Source of the DNA: the human T2T-CHM13v2.0 reference genome, Homo sapiens | Length of the DNA stretch: 64,000 bases | NCBI GenBank assembly: GCA_009914755.4 | Contig: CP086569.2 | Span: 2,208,001 to 2,272,000, forward strand | Direction: 5' to 3' | Shown: positions 30,986 to 49,323 of the stretch, one piece after another | How positions within the stretch are numbered: position 1 is the first letter of the stretch | Layout: every line of letters starts with the position of its first letter | The notes under the pieces: generated by a model | What the model was told of the DNA's origin: nothing | Database searches by the model: none | The model's input: only the letters and a program-made list of their open reading frames with translations | Position numbers and translations under genes: made by a program

Positions 30986-31697
30986 AGGGGAGTTTATTAT
31001 ATATTAACTCACACGATTACAAGGTCACACAATAAGCTGTCTGCAGGCTGAGCAGCAAGGAAGCCAGTCTGATAACTGAAGAACCTGGAGTCCAATGTTC
31101 AAGGGCAGGAAGCATCCAGCACGGGAGAAAGATGCAGTCTGGGAGGCTAGGCCAGTCTCTCTGCACATTTTTCTGCCTGCTTATATTCTAGCCAAATTGG
31201 TTGCTGATGAGATGGTGCACACGCTGATGAAGCGGGGTGCGGGGTTTGCCTTTCCCAGCCCACGGACTCAAATGTTAATCTCCCTTGGCAACACCCTCAC
31301 AGACACACTCAGGATCAATACTTTGCATCGTTCAATCTAATCAAGTTGACACTCAGTATTAACCATCACACCATCTTTTCACAGCTGCTGCCAAAAACAC
31401 AACTTCAATCTTCAACAGAATCTTTTTAATGAAAAGGAAATACCTTTGCCATTCAGAGTTTTAGAGAAAGTTCAAGGCCCTTTTCAAAAAAGAAAATAAA
31501 ATTTTTAAAGAGGAGTGTCAATTCTTATCTTGTTAGCTAGTATTCAAGGATGAAGTTGCAGCTGTGGCTTAATTACAGAATCCTGCCCACTTAATTCAAC
31601 ACGATTCACACTTAAGTTCACACACATCTACTTTTTCTCATTTTGTTCTTTGGTGAATTTAAAATATTCAGAATAATGGTAACAGTAATGGCTGTGA

Positions 31698-32105
<408 letters not shown>

Positions 32106-32544
32106 TAGAAATACTGTGTTGTGGTAGGCATTATATTATCGTTATCATTGTTTTTCAAACTGGGGCACCTTAGGTAGGCAAAGGTTAAGGAATTGGCTCA
32201 GGTTGTGTTACAATTGTATGCCCAAACTGGGCTTTAAGCCAAAGCAACCTGATTCTAGATCCAGACTATGTTCTTTGTCCAGACCTTCGTACTGGGGGGA
32301 CCCTGACTCCTTCCATTAAGAGGGGCTTCTCCCCTTCTTTTATACCTAAGGACAAGCAGTAGAGAGATCAAGTCTGTACACAATGTTGAATGTAGGGTAC
32401 GCACCCATGAGTCTGCCTGTGTCTTATGACAATGCTCCGTCAACCCGTCGGGAAGCTCTGCCTTCCTCTAGTGCTCTCCCCACCAATGCTTGGGCCCCCA
32501 TACTACCACCAAGCCCGCCACTTTTATTTCCTTTTTTTAAAATT

Positions 32545-33159
<615 letters not shown>

Positions 33160-33366
33160 TAGATGAACAAAAATTATCTTATGCCATCTGTCACCCCAAG
33201 ATTATAAAGGTCCCTTCCCAGAGGAATGTACCCTCCTCACAGCTCCCTCAAACACCCAGCCATCTTGTTAGCCATGTAGATACGAAAACTAACCCTTAGC
33301 CATGTGTCTGCCACATTTTCCTTCTTGGGGCTAATAATAAAATAAGTGTATTAAGACATGAGTTGA

Positions 33367-33680
33367 TGGGATGCGGTGGCTCACGCCTGTCATCCCAGCA
33401 CTTCGGGAGGCCGAGGTGGGCAGATTACCTGAGGTCAGGAGTTCGAGACCAACCTGGCCAACATGCTGAAACCCCGTCTCTACTAAAAAAAAAAAAAATA
33501 CAAAATTAGACAGGTATGGTGGCGTAAGCCTGTAATCCCAGCTACTCAGGAGGCTGAGGCAAGAGAATCGCCTGAACCCAAGGAGGTGGAGGTTGCAGTG
33601 AGCAGAGATCGCGCCACTGCACTCCAGCCTGGGCGACAGAGCGAGACTCTGACTCAAAAAAAAAAGAAAAAGAAAAACAT
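33367..33680 (+). mobile_element. Alu
   Basis: gatgggatgcggtggctcacgcctgtcatcccagcacttcgggaggccgaggtgggcagattacctgaggtcagg...ctgggcgacagagcgagactctgactcaaaaaaaaaagaaaaag. Confidence 0.9.
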
Positions 33681-34095
33681 GTTCTTTTTAAATCATAAAT
33701 ACAATTAAAATTGTACTTATGAAATATGCCTTTTCAAACTTTGTTTCTTAGCTTTTGACCCTGTTCTGGGGTCGGTGAGGTACTTGTGTGAATCTTACAG
33801 CAGGTTTTTCTGCCTAGTGGTCTGACTGGCACGTCGAGCGCCTGCCCAGTGAAAGCTGAGACCAGCGAGGGTGGAGTGCTGTGTTCCCCTGTGCAGAGGG
33901 TGAGGAGCCTTCCTGAGTTTTTCCGAGACACAGAGAACCCAGACCTCCTTTAGGAAAATAACTATAGAATAGCTCGATTGTTAAAATCATCATGCGAGCT
34001 TTGCCAGCCGCTTTTTGTTGTTGTTGTTTTAATAGAAAGCATCCCTTCCCACAGCTAAGGAGACCACGTGAGAGGCATCTCATTCTATAGAATGC

Positions 34096-34513
<418 letters not shown>

Positions 34514-35939
34514 CTACCAAGCTAACGGTATACAGGCTAGGGTTCTGTTTTCACAATGACACAAAGAGGTGCACCTGAGCCATGTGGTTTCAAAAAATAT
34601 TTTATTTTCTGGAATAGCCATAATATCTCAGCTCTGTCTTTATGCCCTCTCTCCACACGGAGGAGGCAGAAGCTATGACAACACTGAGGTGCCACACATC
34701 ACACCTGCAAAACAGAATAATGGGAGCGTTTAGGAGACTGTAGAAAATGCTCACCAGGGTGCATACAGACAGGATGGGGGCTGGGCATTGCTGGGCTGCT
34801 GCTGTCTGTCAAGGACATTCAGAGAGATATACATGTCCCCGGGGCAGGGCCCGCCTCCATCTTCATCTCTTCTCTCTCATGTGTCAAATGAAGCAGAGGA
34901 AAAACAGCAGAGAGTCCTTCACGGCTGCTGGACTAGGCAATGCAACTCTCACAAGTGATGAGATTGAGAATGTGCCTTACACATCCCGTAGGTCTGGCGG
35001 TCACGAATGCGAGATTTGCTTCTAGAAATTTCTGGGACTCTTGTTTCATGTGCAAAGTGCCTAGTCTGTATCTGTAGGGCGATGCTGTTCTTCCAAGACA
35101 TGATTTTTCCTTTTTACAACAGACAGGATAGGAATATTTGGGGTCACTTGGCAACAATGATGATGGGGAATCCTCTGTATCTCTTCCCTGGAGCATTTGC
35201 TCTGCACACAGAAGGAAGCCATTTGCACTGGATGGAGTCTGTATGAAGCTGGCAGCATGGATTGCATTGGAGAGTTAAGTAGGGCAAGCCCCCCAGTTGC
35301 ACCTACTCTAACGATGGTATAATCTGAAGCTGATTTGTCCTGTGGACGTCTCTAGCCAGTAATAAGAGTAAACAGTTCCAATGGGCTTCCCTTGGGCATT
35401 GGAACCCCTGTGAATTCCGACTCTGCACAAGAGCAAGGTGGACGAAAACTTCACAACAGAATGGGCCAGGCAAGGGGGCAGAGATGGCTGGATGGGACCA
35501 CAAGGATGGATGGAGGTTACAGATGCCAGCATGGCCCCAGAGGTGACACTGCCCATGAGTCCTGGTTACCCAGTGATGGCTTGGCAGGATGAGTGACGGG
35601 TGGGGAAGATGGCCTTTATCCTTATTGACAGTCATCTCACCCTTCACTCCTGCAGTGCAGCTGGGCTGACATGCTGGTGGACGTTCTTCAGAGAAGGGCC
35701 AAGCTGTGACCTTCAGAGATCCATCCCTCCACACTGGAGTCCTGGCCTACTGGTAGCTTATGAGGGGGATGCTCTTACAACTCCTTGGCTTGCAACTGGC
35801 ATGCAGGCAAACTGAAGACTCCACAGCCACTCCATCACTTTAGGGGCCCTAAGCAGATGCAAAGAGAAGGAAAAAAAAGAGTAAGAAAAAAAAAATCAAT
35901 GGTAATCTGATGAAGGGTTACCCCCCACCGCCGCCTCCT

Positions 35940-36320
35940 GCTCTCTTTAGAGACGGGGTCTGGCTCTGTTACCCAAGCTGGAGTGCAGAGGTGCAATCAC
36001 AGCTGACTGTAATCTCAAACCCTTGCACTTTTTAATCTTTTTTAGAGATGGGGCCTGGCTCTGTTGCTTAGGCTGGAGCACACTGGCGCAACCATAGCTG
36101 ACTGTCATCTTAAACGCCTGGGCTTAAGCAATTCTTTTATCTCAGTCTCCTGAGTGGTTAACGCTACAAGTGTGTGCCACCAAGCAGATAATTTTTAATT
36201 TTTTTTTTTTTGTCTCATTAAGTTTCCCAGGCTGGTCTTGAACTCTTGCACTCAAGTAATCCTTCCACCTCAGCCTCCCGAAGTGCTGTGCTGACAGGCA
36301 TGAGCCACGGCATCCAGCCA
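35940..36320 (-). mobile_element. degenerate Alu/FLAM-like monomer fragments (reverse)
   Basis: agagacggggtctggctctgttacccaagctggagtgcagaggtgcaatcacagctgactgtaatctcaaaccc...; ...ggtcttgaactcttgcactcaagtaatccttccacctcagcctcccgaagtgctgtgctgacaggcatgagccacggcatccagcc. Confidence 0.65.
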
Positions 36321-36329
36321 GTACATCTC

Positions 36330-37460
36330 TTTAATGCTACTGAGAAGTCATTTCACCCAGCACTTTGGTTCCTAGTATCATGTTCAAAAAAAAGAACCAG
36401 GGCTCTCTGGAATAATGGTTAATTCTAAGAACGGAGCTTGGGTGATACAGATAGGCCTGGACCATCTTGTAGTACAAGAAAATAAGAAAATGCTCAAATA
36501 CACAAAAAAATGGGGGTGCGTGAAAGATAAGCAAAAGCCAACATGAAAGAGCTCCTGGTGCTCAAAGCTGAAACAATTTGGGCAATAAAATAAAATAATA
36601 TTAGATGGCAACCCAAAGCAATCAATTATTGAATAAAAACATAAATGAAGGAGGAGATACAAATCCCCTGTGCAGAAGAGTCCCATCCAAGTAATTGATG
36701 TAGATATTTTATTCTCAAGAAGATGAAACATAACTCCCCACTCCTTTAAGTGTGGGTTGCATGTAGAGACTTCCTTTCAAAGAGCATGGTCAGGAGATCA
36801 ATAACTTTTCAGTGGAGAAATCTGACAAACACCACCTCAGACGTGATCAAGGCCAAAGTCAACAATGGTAGGTCAGGCTGACAGTATGTACCTTGATATG
36901 ATGTAATAAGAATGACTCTTCATCGCTGCCGTCATCCTCTCCAAAGCCAACCACCCTAGTCTCACCATGAGAAAAGTTGCAGACAAATCCCAACAGAGGG
37001 ACAGCTTGACAAAATACCTGACCCGTTGTCCTCAAGACAGTGTTTCTCGTATAGTCTGCAGCACCGTGAGCCAAATAAACCTCTTTTCTTTATAAATCAC
37101 TCAGCTCAGTTACTCCTCTATAGCAATACAAAATGGACTAATACACAAGCCACATCCAAGTGCCATTTGTGGCAAGGGGCCCTTGTATGGTCTGCAGGCC
37201 TTGCTTTGGATGACCTTGAAGTAAGGTCTTGTATTTGACTCTTGAACAGTCTGCAGAACTGTGAGCCAAATAAATATCTTTTTAATAAATAAACCCATAC
37301 AAGAGTCATGTACAAGACCTTGCTTCGAGGTCATGAAAAACAAGGCAAGTCTCAGAAACTGTCACAGCCAAGAGGAGGCATGACTCAATGTAATGTGGGT
37401 TCTGGAGGAGATCCTGGGACAGAAAGAGGACATCAGGAGGAAAGTAGTGAAGTCCAGTAA
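36330..37460 (+). mobile_element. MaLR (THE1/MST-type) internal sequence with rearranged LTR-end fragments
   Basis: ...tgtcacagccaagaggaggcatgactcaatgtaatgtgggttctggaggagatcctgggacagaaagaggacatcagg (THE1-int 3' motif); LTR-end motifs 'ctgcag(c/a)actgtgagccaaataaa...ctttataaa...ggactaatacac' at about 37040-37145 and about 37245-37300. Confidence 0.55.
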
Positions 37461-37474
37461 ACAGAAGAGTTTAG

Positions 37475-37835
<361 letters not shown>

Positions 37836-38264
37836 GCATTTTTCCATTTATAGATTGCCTTTATTCTGCATATGGTAGAACCAAATGGAAGTCAAGACAC
37901 AAGCATCTGGGGTGCTGGAGCCTGAGAAGACCTGTCTGGAGCTTGACAGAAATTCTGAATCCCCACCGACTCTCAGTCTACCCAGAAAGACAATGACCCA
38001 ATAAAGAAACAGACTTTAGTCCTGTGTGAATTTGCTTGGGCTGTGTGTGGGGAGGCCCCTCCATCAGGGATAGTTCTGGCTAAATATCGCATGTGGAAAA
38101 CTACCAGATGGTTGAGAGTGAAGATGAGAGAAGAGCCAGGGAGGGAAGAGATGCTTTCTTCAGGGCCAGGGGAGAGAAATTCCATAAGAAAAGCATAGGG
38201 TTAGCTGGAAGACAAAATGAGACTTGTGCTATCCAGATTGGGGGCACCAGCCACAAATGGCATT

Positions 38265-38700
38265 TGGATGTGGTGTCTTCGTCCATTTTGTATTGCTATA
38301 AAGGAATATCCCAGGCTGGGTGACTTATTAAAGAAAAGGGGTGTATTAGGCTTACCGTTCTGCAAACTCTATAAGAAGCAAGCATGGTGTTGGCATCTGC
38401 TCAGCTTCTGGTGAGGCCTCAGAAAGCTTTTACTCATGGAGGAAGGCAAGGGGAACCAGAGCGTCACATGGTGAAAGAGGGAGCAAGAGAGAGAGGAGGA
38501 GGAGCCAGGCTCTTTTTAACAATCAGCTCTTGCATGAACTAATACTGTGAGAACTCGCACATTACCATGAGGATGGCACCAAGTCATTCATGAGGAATCT
38601 GTTCCTGTGACGGAAACACCTCCCACCAGGCCTCACCTCCAACACGGGGGATGCTATTTCAACAGGAGATTTGGAAGGGACAAACACCCAAAGGATGTCA
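38265..38700 (-). mobile_element. MaLR LTR (MST/MLT1-like), reverse
   Basis: gtccattttgtattgctataaaggaatatcccaggctgggtgacttattaaagaaaaggggtgtattaggcttaccgttctgcaaactctataagaagc...cctcccaccaggcctcacctccaacacgggggatgctatttcaacaggagatttggaagggacaaacacccaaa. Confidence 0.7.
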
Positions 38701-38779
38701 GTTCATTTGAATTGAGATGTGCTGTAAATGTACAATAGACACTGGATTTGAAGACTTGGTGTGAAAAAAGAATGCGCGC

Positions 38780-39070
38780 TATCTCACTCATAACTATATA
38801 TACAATTCTAATATATTCTAAATAGCTATATATACTATTCTAAATCTATTCTAAATAACTACATATACTATCCTAAATAATTCTAAATAACTACATATAC
38901 AACTCTAAATCTATTCTAAATAATTCTAAATAATGATATATACAACTCTAAATCTATTCTAAATAACTATATATACAATTCTAAATCTATTCTAAATAAC
39001 TATATATATAAAATTATAAATATATTCTAAATAACTATATATAATTCTAAATAATTATACCTATATATAC
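38780..39070. repeat. AT-rich minisatellite, about 33-bp unit x about 8
   Basis: (aactatatatacaattctaaatctattctaaat)n with variants. Confidence 0.85.
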
Positions 39071-39204
39071 AATTCTAAATACATTCACACATATATTTTT
39101 AAAATATAAATTTGAAATAAATTGTGTATATGTATACAATTATTTTATATACTTATAAAATATATATATTCATTTATGACATTTATACATATATGTTTAT
39201 ATAG

Positions 39205-40475
<1,271 letters not shown>

Positions 40476-41137
40476 TGACGGGTAGAGTTCTTCCAGACCC
40501 TGAAAACCTGGGGCATCCAGGGAAAATACAGAAACAGGGCTCCGGGTACCTCAGTGGAGTACTAGGTGGGGCTGTAGCCACATAGCTGTGTTCCCCTGAG
40601 GCCCCCAAAAGCCCCATGATCTCCAGGGACACCGGGCTGGGCAGGCTGCTATTCCACCTCTCACCTCTTTGAACCCCAGTCCCTCCACCTTTCACAGTGG
40701 CATAAAGACTCTTCCCAATTAGGATGACCCAAACATCTGGGTCAAGGAAGATTCAGTGACCCAGGGACCTGTCCTTGCTCCAGGCAAATCAGTTGGAGCA
40801 ACTTGGAAGTGACTAGATATTTATTCTGAGCACTTGGGACGAAGCTTGGGGGTATAGGGAATTCCTTGATACCTTCTCAAAGAATTCAAAGTCTACTGAA
40901 AAGGGCTTTCCTTCACTTGAGTATCTCAAATATTCATCTGGGAACGCTATCTACCACCTCCTGAATCGCTGCTATTGGTAAGATAATGGGTTGATCTCCA
41001 CAAATTATAATGATGATCACACTTGCTAGCCCCAGGAACCAGCCGCATCCAATTCAGCTTTTGCAAGGAATCTAATTCCTGTCTGTCTCTTCCCCACCTG
41101 TAACTCTATAAATCTTATCTTTAAGAATGGGTGGGGG

Positions 41138-41776
<639 letters not shown>

Positions 41777-42134
41777 CTAATTATGTTCTAGGTATGGCAC
41801 CGCTTTCAGAGTCAGTTTCCAGATGTGCAATTTTAGTACACAAGAACCTTTATCAGCCCCTTACTTTCTCTGTTTCTTCATGAATCCTTGAGGCAGAGGT
41901 CCAACATGGAGAATCATGGTGCTCAATGAGTGGTGGACCTTGGCCAGGTGACTTGGGCCTAAGGCAGCATGTCTGTCGAGTGATGATCATGTCACTCACC
42001 TGCCAAAGCTTACGTGTGGATAAGGTGTTGTCATAAGGTGGGTTCCCCAGACACAGAGACTGAGGTTGGGATTCAAAGACATAGAGCATTTGCAGAGGGA
42101 GGGAGGGAAGCCCGTTTAAAAAGGCACTAAGCCG

Positions 42135-42435
42135 GCCAGGGGTGGTGGTGGCTCACGCCTGTAATCCCAACACTTTGGGAGGCTGAGGCAGTTGGATCAG
42201 GAGGTCAAAAGATCAAGACCATCCTGGCCAACATGGTGAAACCTCATCTCTACTAAAAATACAAAAATTAGCCGTGCGTGGCAGTGTGCACCTGTAGTCC
42301 CAGCTACTCGGGAGGCTAAGGCAGGAGAATCGTTGAACCCGGGAGGCGGAGGTGGCAGTGAGCTGAGATCGCACCACTGCACTCCAGCCTGGTGACAGAG
42401 TGAGAATCCGTCTCCAAAAAAAAAAAAAAAAAAGG
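42135..42435 (+). mobile_element. Alu with TSD aaaaaggcact(a/g)ag
   Basis: gccggccaggggtggtggtggctcacgcctgtaatcccaacactttgggaggctgaggcagttggatcaggaggtc...ctggtgacagagtgagaatccgtctccaaaaaaaaaaaaaaaaaa. Confidence 0.9.
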
Positions 42436-42537
42436 CACTGAGGCATGATTTGGTCTCAGGACATATCTCAACCTGGTCAACAGCAGGCTCTGGAATACAA
42501 ATTGGGCTGCAGAATTTGCTGCCTTTGGGCATGGAAG

Positions 42538-42590
42538 TATGTGTGTGTGTGTGTGCGCGCGCGCACATATGTATGTGTGCATGCATGATC
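42538..42590. repeat. (TG)n(CG)n(TG)n alternating purine-pyrimidine tract
   Basis: gtatgtgtgtgtgtgtgtgcgcgcgcgcacatatgtatgtgtgcatgcatg. Confidence 0.9.
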
Positions 42591-42974
42591 TCACGTGCTG
42601 TGGCTTCCTCTACCTGAAATGAATCTTCACCTTAGCGTTATCTGGATAACTGTATCTTGACCTTCAGGGCTACACCAAGCATCACGATGCCTTAAACATC
42701 TCCTCCCAAGCCCACCTGGGTTCTTCCTCCATGTTCCTGTAGCACAGAGACTCTGAGATCTGTCTGCCAGCTGTTTTATGGCATGTGGCCCGGACTTCTG
42801 TTATACCCTGGATCAAAATGTACCACAATTATCAAATAACCTTGCCATCTCCCCAGCTGGGAATTTACACTCAGAGCAGGAACCAGGTTTGTCCAGTATT
42901 ATAACTGCTGGTACATAAGAGCCAGGAAAGGTTTGTTAAATGAGTGTTTCAGGCTAAATTGTGTCTCTTCGAAA

Positions 42975-43560
42975 TGCCCATGTTGAAACCTTAGCCCTCA
43001 TTTGTGACGGTGTTTGAAGATAAGGCCTTCAAAGAGGTCATTATGCGAAAATTATGTCATTAGGGTAGGGCCTGATCCAACAGGACTGGTGCCCTTATAA
43101 GAAGAGGAGACGAGGACACAGACACACACAGAGGGTTGACCCTGTGAGGACACAGGGAGAAGACGGTGTCTACAAGCCCAGGAGAGAGGCCTCAGGAGGA
43201 ACCAGCCCTGCCCACACCTGGATCTCGGACTTCCAGCCTCCAGGACTGTGGGAGAATCAATGCCTGTTGCTTATAAGCCACCCAGTCTATGGTATTCTGT
43301 GATAGCAGCCTGAGATGGACTAAGACACTTCATAAGAAGAGGAGATGAGGACACAGACACACAGAGGGGCGACCCTGTGAGTACACAGGGAGAAGATGGC
43401 GTCTACAAGCCCAGGAGAGAGGCCTCAGGAGGAACCAACCTTGCCCATACCCTGATCTCAGACTTCCAGCCTCCAGGCCTCCAGGAGAATCAATGTCCCT
43501 TGTTTAAGCTTCCAAGTTTGCGGTCCTTTGTTATGGCAGCCTTAGCAAACTAATACAATG
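42975..43560 (+). mobile_element. MaLR LTR, MLT1-type, with internal about 235-bp tandem duplication (or two tandem LTRs)
   Basis: 'cttataagaagaggagacgaggacacagacacacacagagggttgaccctgtgaggacacagggagaagacggtgtctacaagcccaggagagaggcctcaggaggaaccagccctgcccacacctggatctcggacttccagcctccagg' occurs twice (about 43090 and about 43325); ends ...gcagccttagcaaactaatacaatgaatgaatcaa. Confidence 0.6.
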
Positions 43561-43892
43561 AATGAATCAAACAGCACATGTATTACAATTCTAGTTGTGC
43601 TATCCAATAGAATAGCCACCAGCCACATGTGGCTGTTTACGTTTAAATCAATATAGCTCAATAAAAATAAATATTCAAGCCTTGAATGAAACCATACTCA
43701 ACAGCCACTTGTGGTTGGTGCTTCCAACATTGCAGTTGCCTTCCTCCTCAAGAGTCGTGTTCTTGGTTGAATTCATCTCCTCTGCCCCTGAGGAAAGCAC
43801 CCGTTGTCTCTCCGCACTTCTGAAGGTTTACTGCCCCACCATCTGTCCCCAGATGGAGAACCCTTGCAGGATGCAAGGGGATATTGAAATGA

Positions 43893-44225
<333 letters not shown>

Positions 44226-44229
44226 AATG

Positions 44230-44478
44230 ATGTTTGCAGTGGTTAGGGTGGCTCACACGTGTAATCTCAGCACTTTGGGAGGCTGAAGCAGGAGGATCAG
44301 TTGAGCCCAGGAGTTTGAGAACAGCCTGGGCAACGCTGACAAAACCGCATGTCTACAAAAAAATACAAAAATCAGTCTGGTATGGTGCTACATGCCTGTA
44401 GTCCCAGCTCCTCAGGAGGCTGAGGTGAGAGAATCACCTGTAGTCCCAGCTACTCAAGAGGGTGAGGCAGGAGAACCG
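44230..44478 (+). mobile_element. Alu (AluJ-like), 3'-truncated at about Alu position 218, with internal duplication
   Basis: gtggttagggtggctcacacgtgtaatctcagcactttgggaggctgaagcaggaggatcagttgagcccaggagtttgagaacagc...ggtgaggcaggagaaccgcttgaaccag. Confidence 0.8.
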
Positions 44479-44705
44479 CTTGAACCAGATTCAGCTCACT
44501 GCAACCTCCACCTCCTGGGTTCAAGTGATTCTCCTGCCTCAGTCTCCTGAGTAGCTGGGATTACAGTTTCCTGCCACCACATCCAGCTAATTTTTGTTTT
44601 GTTTTTTTTTTTTTTTTTTTTAAGTAGAGACAGGGTTTCACCATGTTGGCCAGGCTGGCCTCGAACTCCTGAAACTCAAGTGATCCCGCCTGCCTCGGCC
44701 TCCCC
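44479..44705 (-). mobile_element. Alu (reverse), truncated at about Alu position 245; abuts the previous Alu head-on
   Basis: attcagctcactgcaacctccacctcctgggttcaagtgattctcctgcctcagtctcctgagtagctgggattacag...gtagagacagggtttcaccatgttggccaggctggcctcgaactcctgaaactcaagtgatcccgcctgcctcggcctcccc. Confidence 0.8.
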
Positions 44706-44770
44706 AAAGTTTTTTTCTTAAGCATCTTTTTTAGATGCCTTTGTTCTCATATTTCTGTTTGCCTCTACTA

Positions 44771-45235
<465 letters not shown>

Positions 45236-45629
45236 ATTCATTTAGCTTTCATCGTAATTACAGTCACACTTCACACACATGGGAATTAGGGAGCCAGGAA
45301 GAGTAATGCGGCAATGCCCTGTGTTCAGACCACTATTAATGGGTAGGCTTTGGGGATACTTTGCTTTTCTCTTTCACTAATGATGTCTGTCCATTTTCCC
45401 CGAGGATCTTTTCGGGAGCCTTCTGTGTGGTGGGCCCACTTACGACCTGAATCACCGCATTCACGCCAACAGTACCAACCCATAGGTATGCTTAGTCATC
45501 TGATGACTCAGAGACAGGGGGTAGGCGGATGGAATGGAAGGATGAGTCTGGTCAGATGGTAAGAGATAGTACAATGACATGAAAAATAGCCACCACTGAC
45601 CACTGGCAACCTGGCCTTGAGATCCCTAG

Positions 45630-45956
<327 letters not shown>

Positions 45957-47376
45957 TGAGCGCATAATTACAGACAGTCTTCACCTTCCCCAGAGGAAAA
46001 CATAACAGCCTATCCCAAGGTTTCGTAATAAAAGCGTAAAATTGTCATAAACCCACAGTAGGTGTTCAATAAATGCATACATCTTGTTCCCACACCCGAA
46101 AAATCCTAGTTAGGAGGTGACCGAGGAGAGTTTACAACACAAATTGCACCTGAGGTTTTGCACACGAGTGAGTTTGATCCCTTTCCTCCAGAAGGCCGGC
46201 TACTCATTCAAAGGGCCCAGTTTGTTTCAAACTATTTTTGGAACTGTTTCAGAATTGCCTCCAAGCGCCTGTCTAGACCTTACCTTACACTGGCGCTATT
46301 TTGAGCTAAAAGCCATATTGATTAAATTGGCTTCTAAAGTTATCCCCCAGACTTGGCGCTGAAGGAGGCTTAGGTATTTCCAAAAATCCTAGCCTCTGCC
46401 TGGAAGGCTCCCCAGCTAAGGATGCAAGACAAGGACCAAGGACGACATTTCTTGAAAGATCCTGCCTCTGGGGATAGTTTCGGAAAGGAAGTGCTCAGGT
46501 TTGTGAGACAGCAGCAGGGCCCTGGGACCTTTCTCTGATGGGGGAATATCCCCCTCTAGGTCAGCACGCCCCATCACAGCACTGCATCTACTGTAGGTAC
46601 CTCCAAAGTCACCCTTTCTATTTCACTCATGTTTCCCTTGAATTTACACTTTACATGTTGCTAGACCAAATCGGCGGAGGGGAAAAAATAACTCATGGAA
46701 ACATGATCTTTTTAGAAATGGCATTACTCAGAAAGCACAGCAGGGGTTTGGCTTATGGTACGGTGTTGTTTTCCTGCTTTGAGGCGCTGTTACAGATTCT
46801 TCTTCCCACTGTACAGCTTCCCGGCCTGACATGCTGCCTTGGGAAGTGCGTGAAAGTGAACGCAGCCTCCTCTTCCTCTTAGGAGTCCTCCGTTTCGTGT
46901 CTCTTACATCCTGAAAGGACCCAGCTCTCTGAGTCAGGCCGCGGCACTGCCCCTCCTAGCTCCAAATCCACATCTATTTCCCACTTCACTTTCTAAGTGG
47001 GATTTAGCTTAACACTGTGGAGCTTGGAGTATCACAGAGCTAATATGTAAGACCCAGGCTGGTCTTTCCTTCTCTGTCGGCACCTTGGAATTCTCTACTA
47101 CCTTTCAGCCTGCCTCTCCGCTCCCCCCGCTTTTTTTTTACAGACATCTGCAATGCAGGCAAGTTCCAATATGAACATCTGTGGAACACAGCCTGAGAAG
47201 AGGAGATATAAAAGGATCTTAATTTTAGGGTGAAGGAGGAGAAGAATGGTTAAGAAGCGTCTCAATAACCTAAGCCACAACCTCAGGCTTTGAAAACAAC
47301 ATTAACTGAGAACAGCTTTGAAAACAACAGTGAGATTTTCAACTCAATTCTTTTTCCCACAGGTCACTTATCTTGA

Positions 47377-47720
<344 letters not shown>

Positions 47721-47964
47721 AGAGTGAGATTTTCAACCCAATTCTTTTTCCCCCATGTCACTTATCTTGAATTCCAAAATGTTTACTTCTGCTAAAGAAT
47801 CTTTTTTTTTTCAGTGATATAAATTTGGAAGGTATGTCAATACTCTTATCCAGTGTAAAGTCCTATGACCCAAACACGTGCGTATTCGTCTCTCCTCCCC
47901 GCTACACTTCCCTTGGGGAAGTGCACACAACAAGGCAAACAAACACCTCTGACCACTTCTGAGG

Positions 47965-48502
<538 letters not shown>

Positions 48503-48810
48503 TAGATGTTTTGTCTTGCTACATCTCAAGCTTCATTACAGATCGAATTTACCCTCTTCCCTCAACTCTTCTTGCACAGAAGCTGAGGTTTCCAGGAGGC
48601 CCTCTCTACCCCTTGGGGGACCTTCCCCTTAAGTTTGGAAGCTGCCAAAACCATGTAAAGGAGATTTTAGGAGGGTCTTTGCACTATATGGGATCCCAAG
48701 AAAAATGCATTTAGGGCCACTTTTTCAGCAGCTTCGCTTTAAGGTTCATTTTTTTTTTTTTTAAGACTCATAAAAATCTTTACAGTTTGGAACACATAAA
48801 ATATATTGAC

Positions 48811-49114
<304 letters not shown>

Positions 49115-49286
49115 TTAAAAATGGAAACCTGTGTGAGCAGTGTCTAGAAACAGATAATTAGCAGTTATTCTGTAATCAATTTTTTAAAAACTTTAAAGAG
49201 AATGATTAATTTTAAACCCTAAAGGAGAGTTGCAAGTAGAAATATAATTTAAAACTTTTGTGTAATATCACTGCAATGGATGTGAG

Positions 49287-49291
<5 letters not shown>

Positions 49292-49323
<32 letters not shown>
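49292..49323. repeat. (CA)n microsatellite
   Basis: cacacacacacacacacacacacacacacc. Confidence 0.95.
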
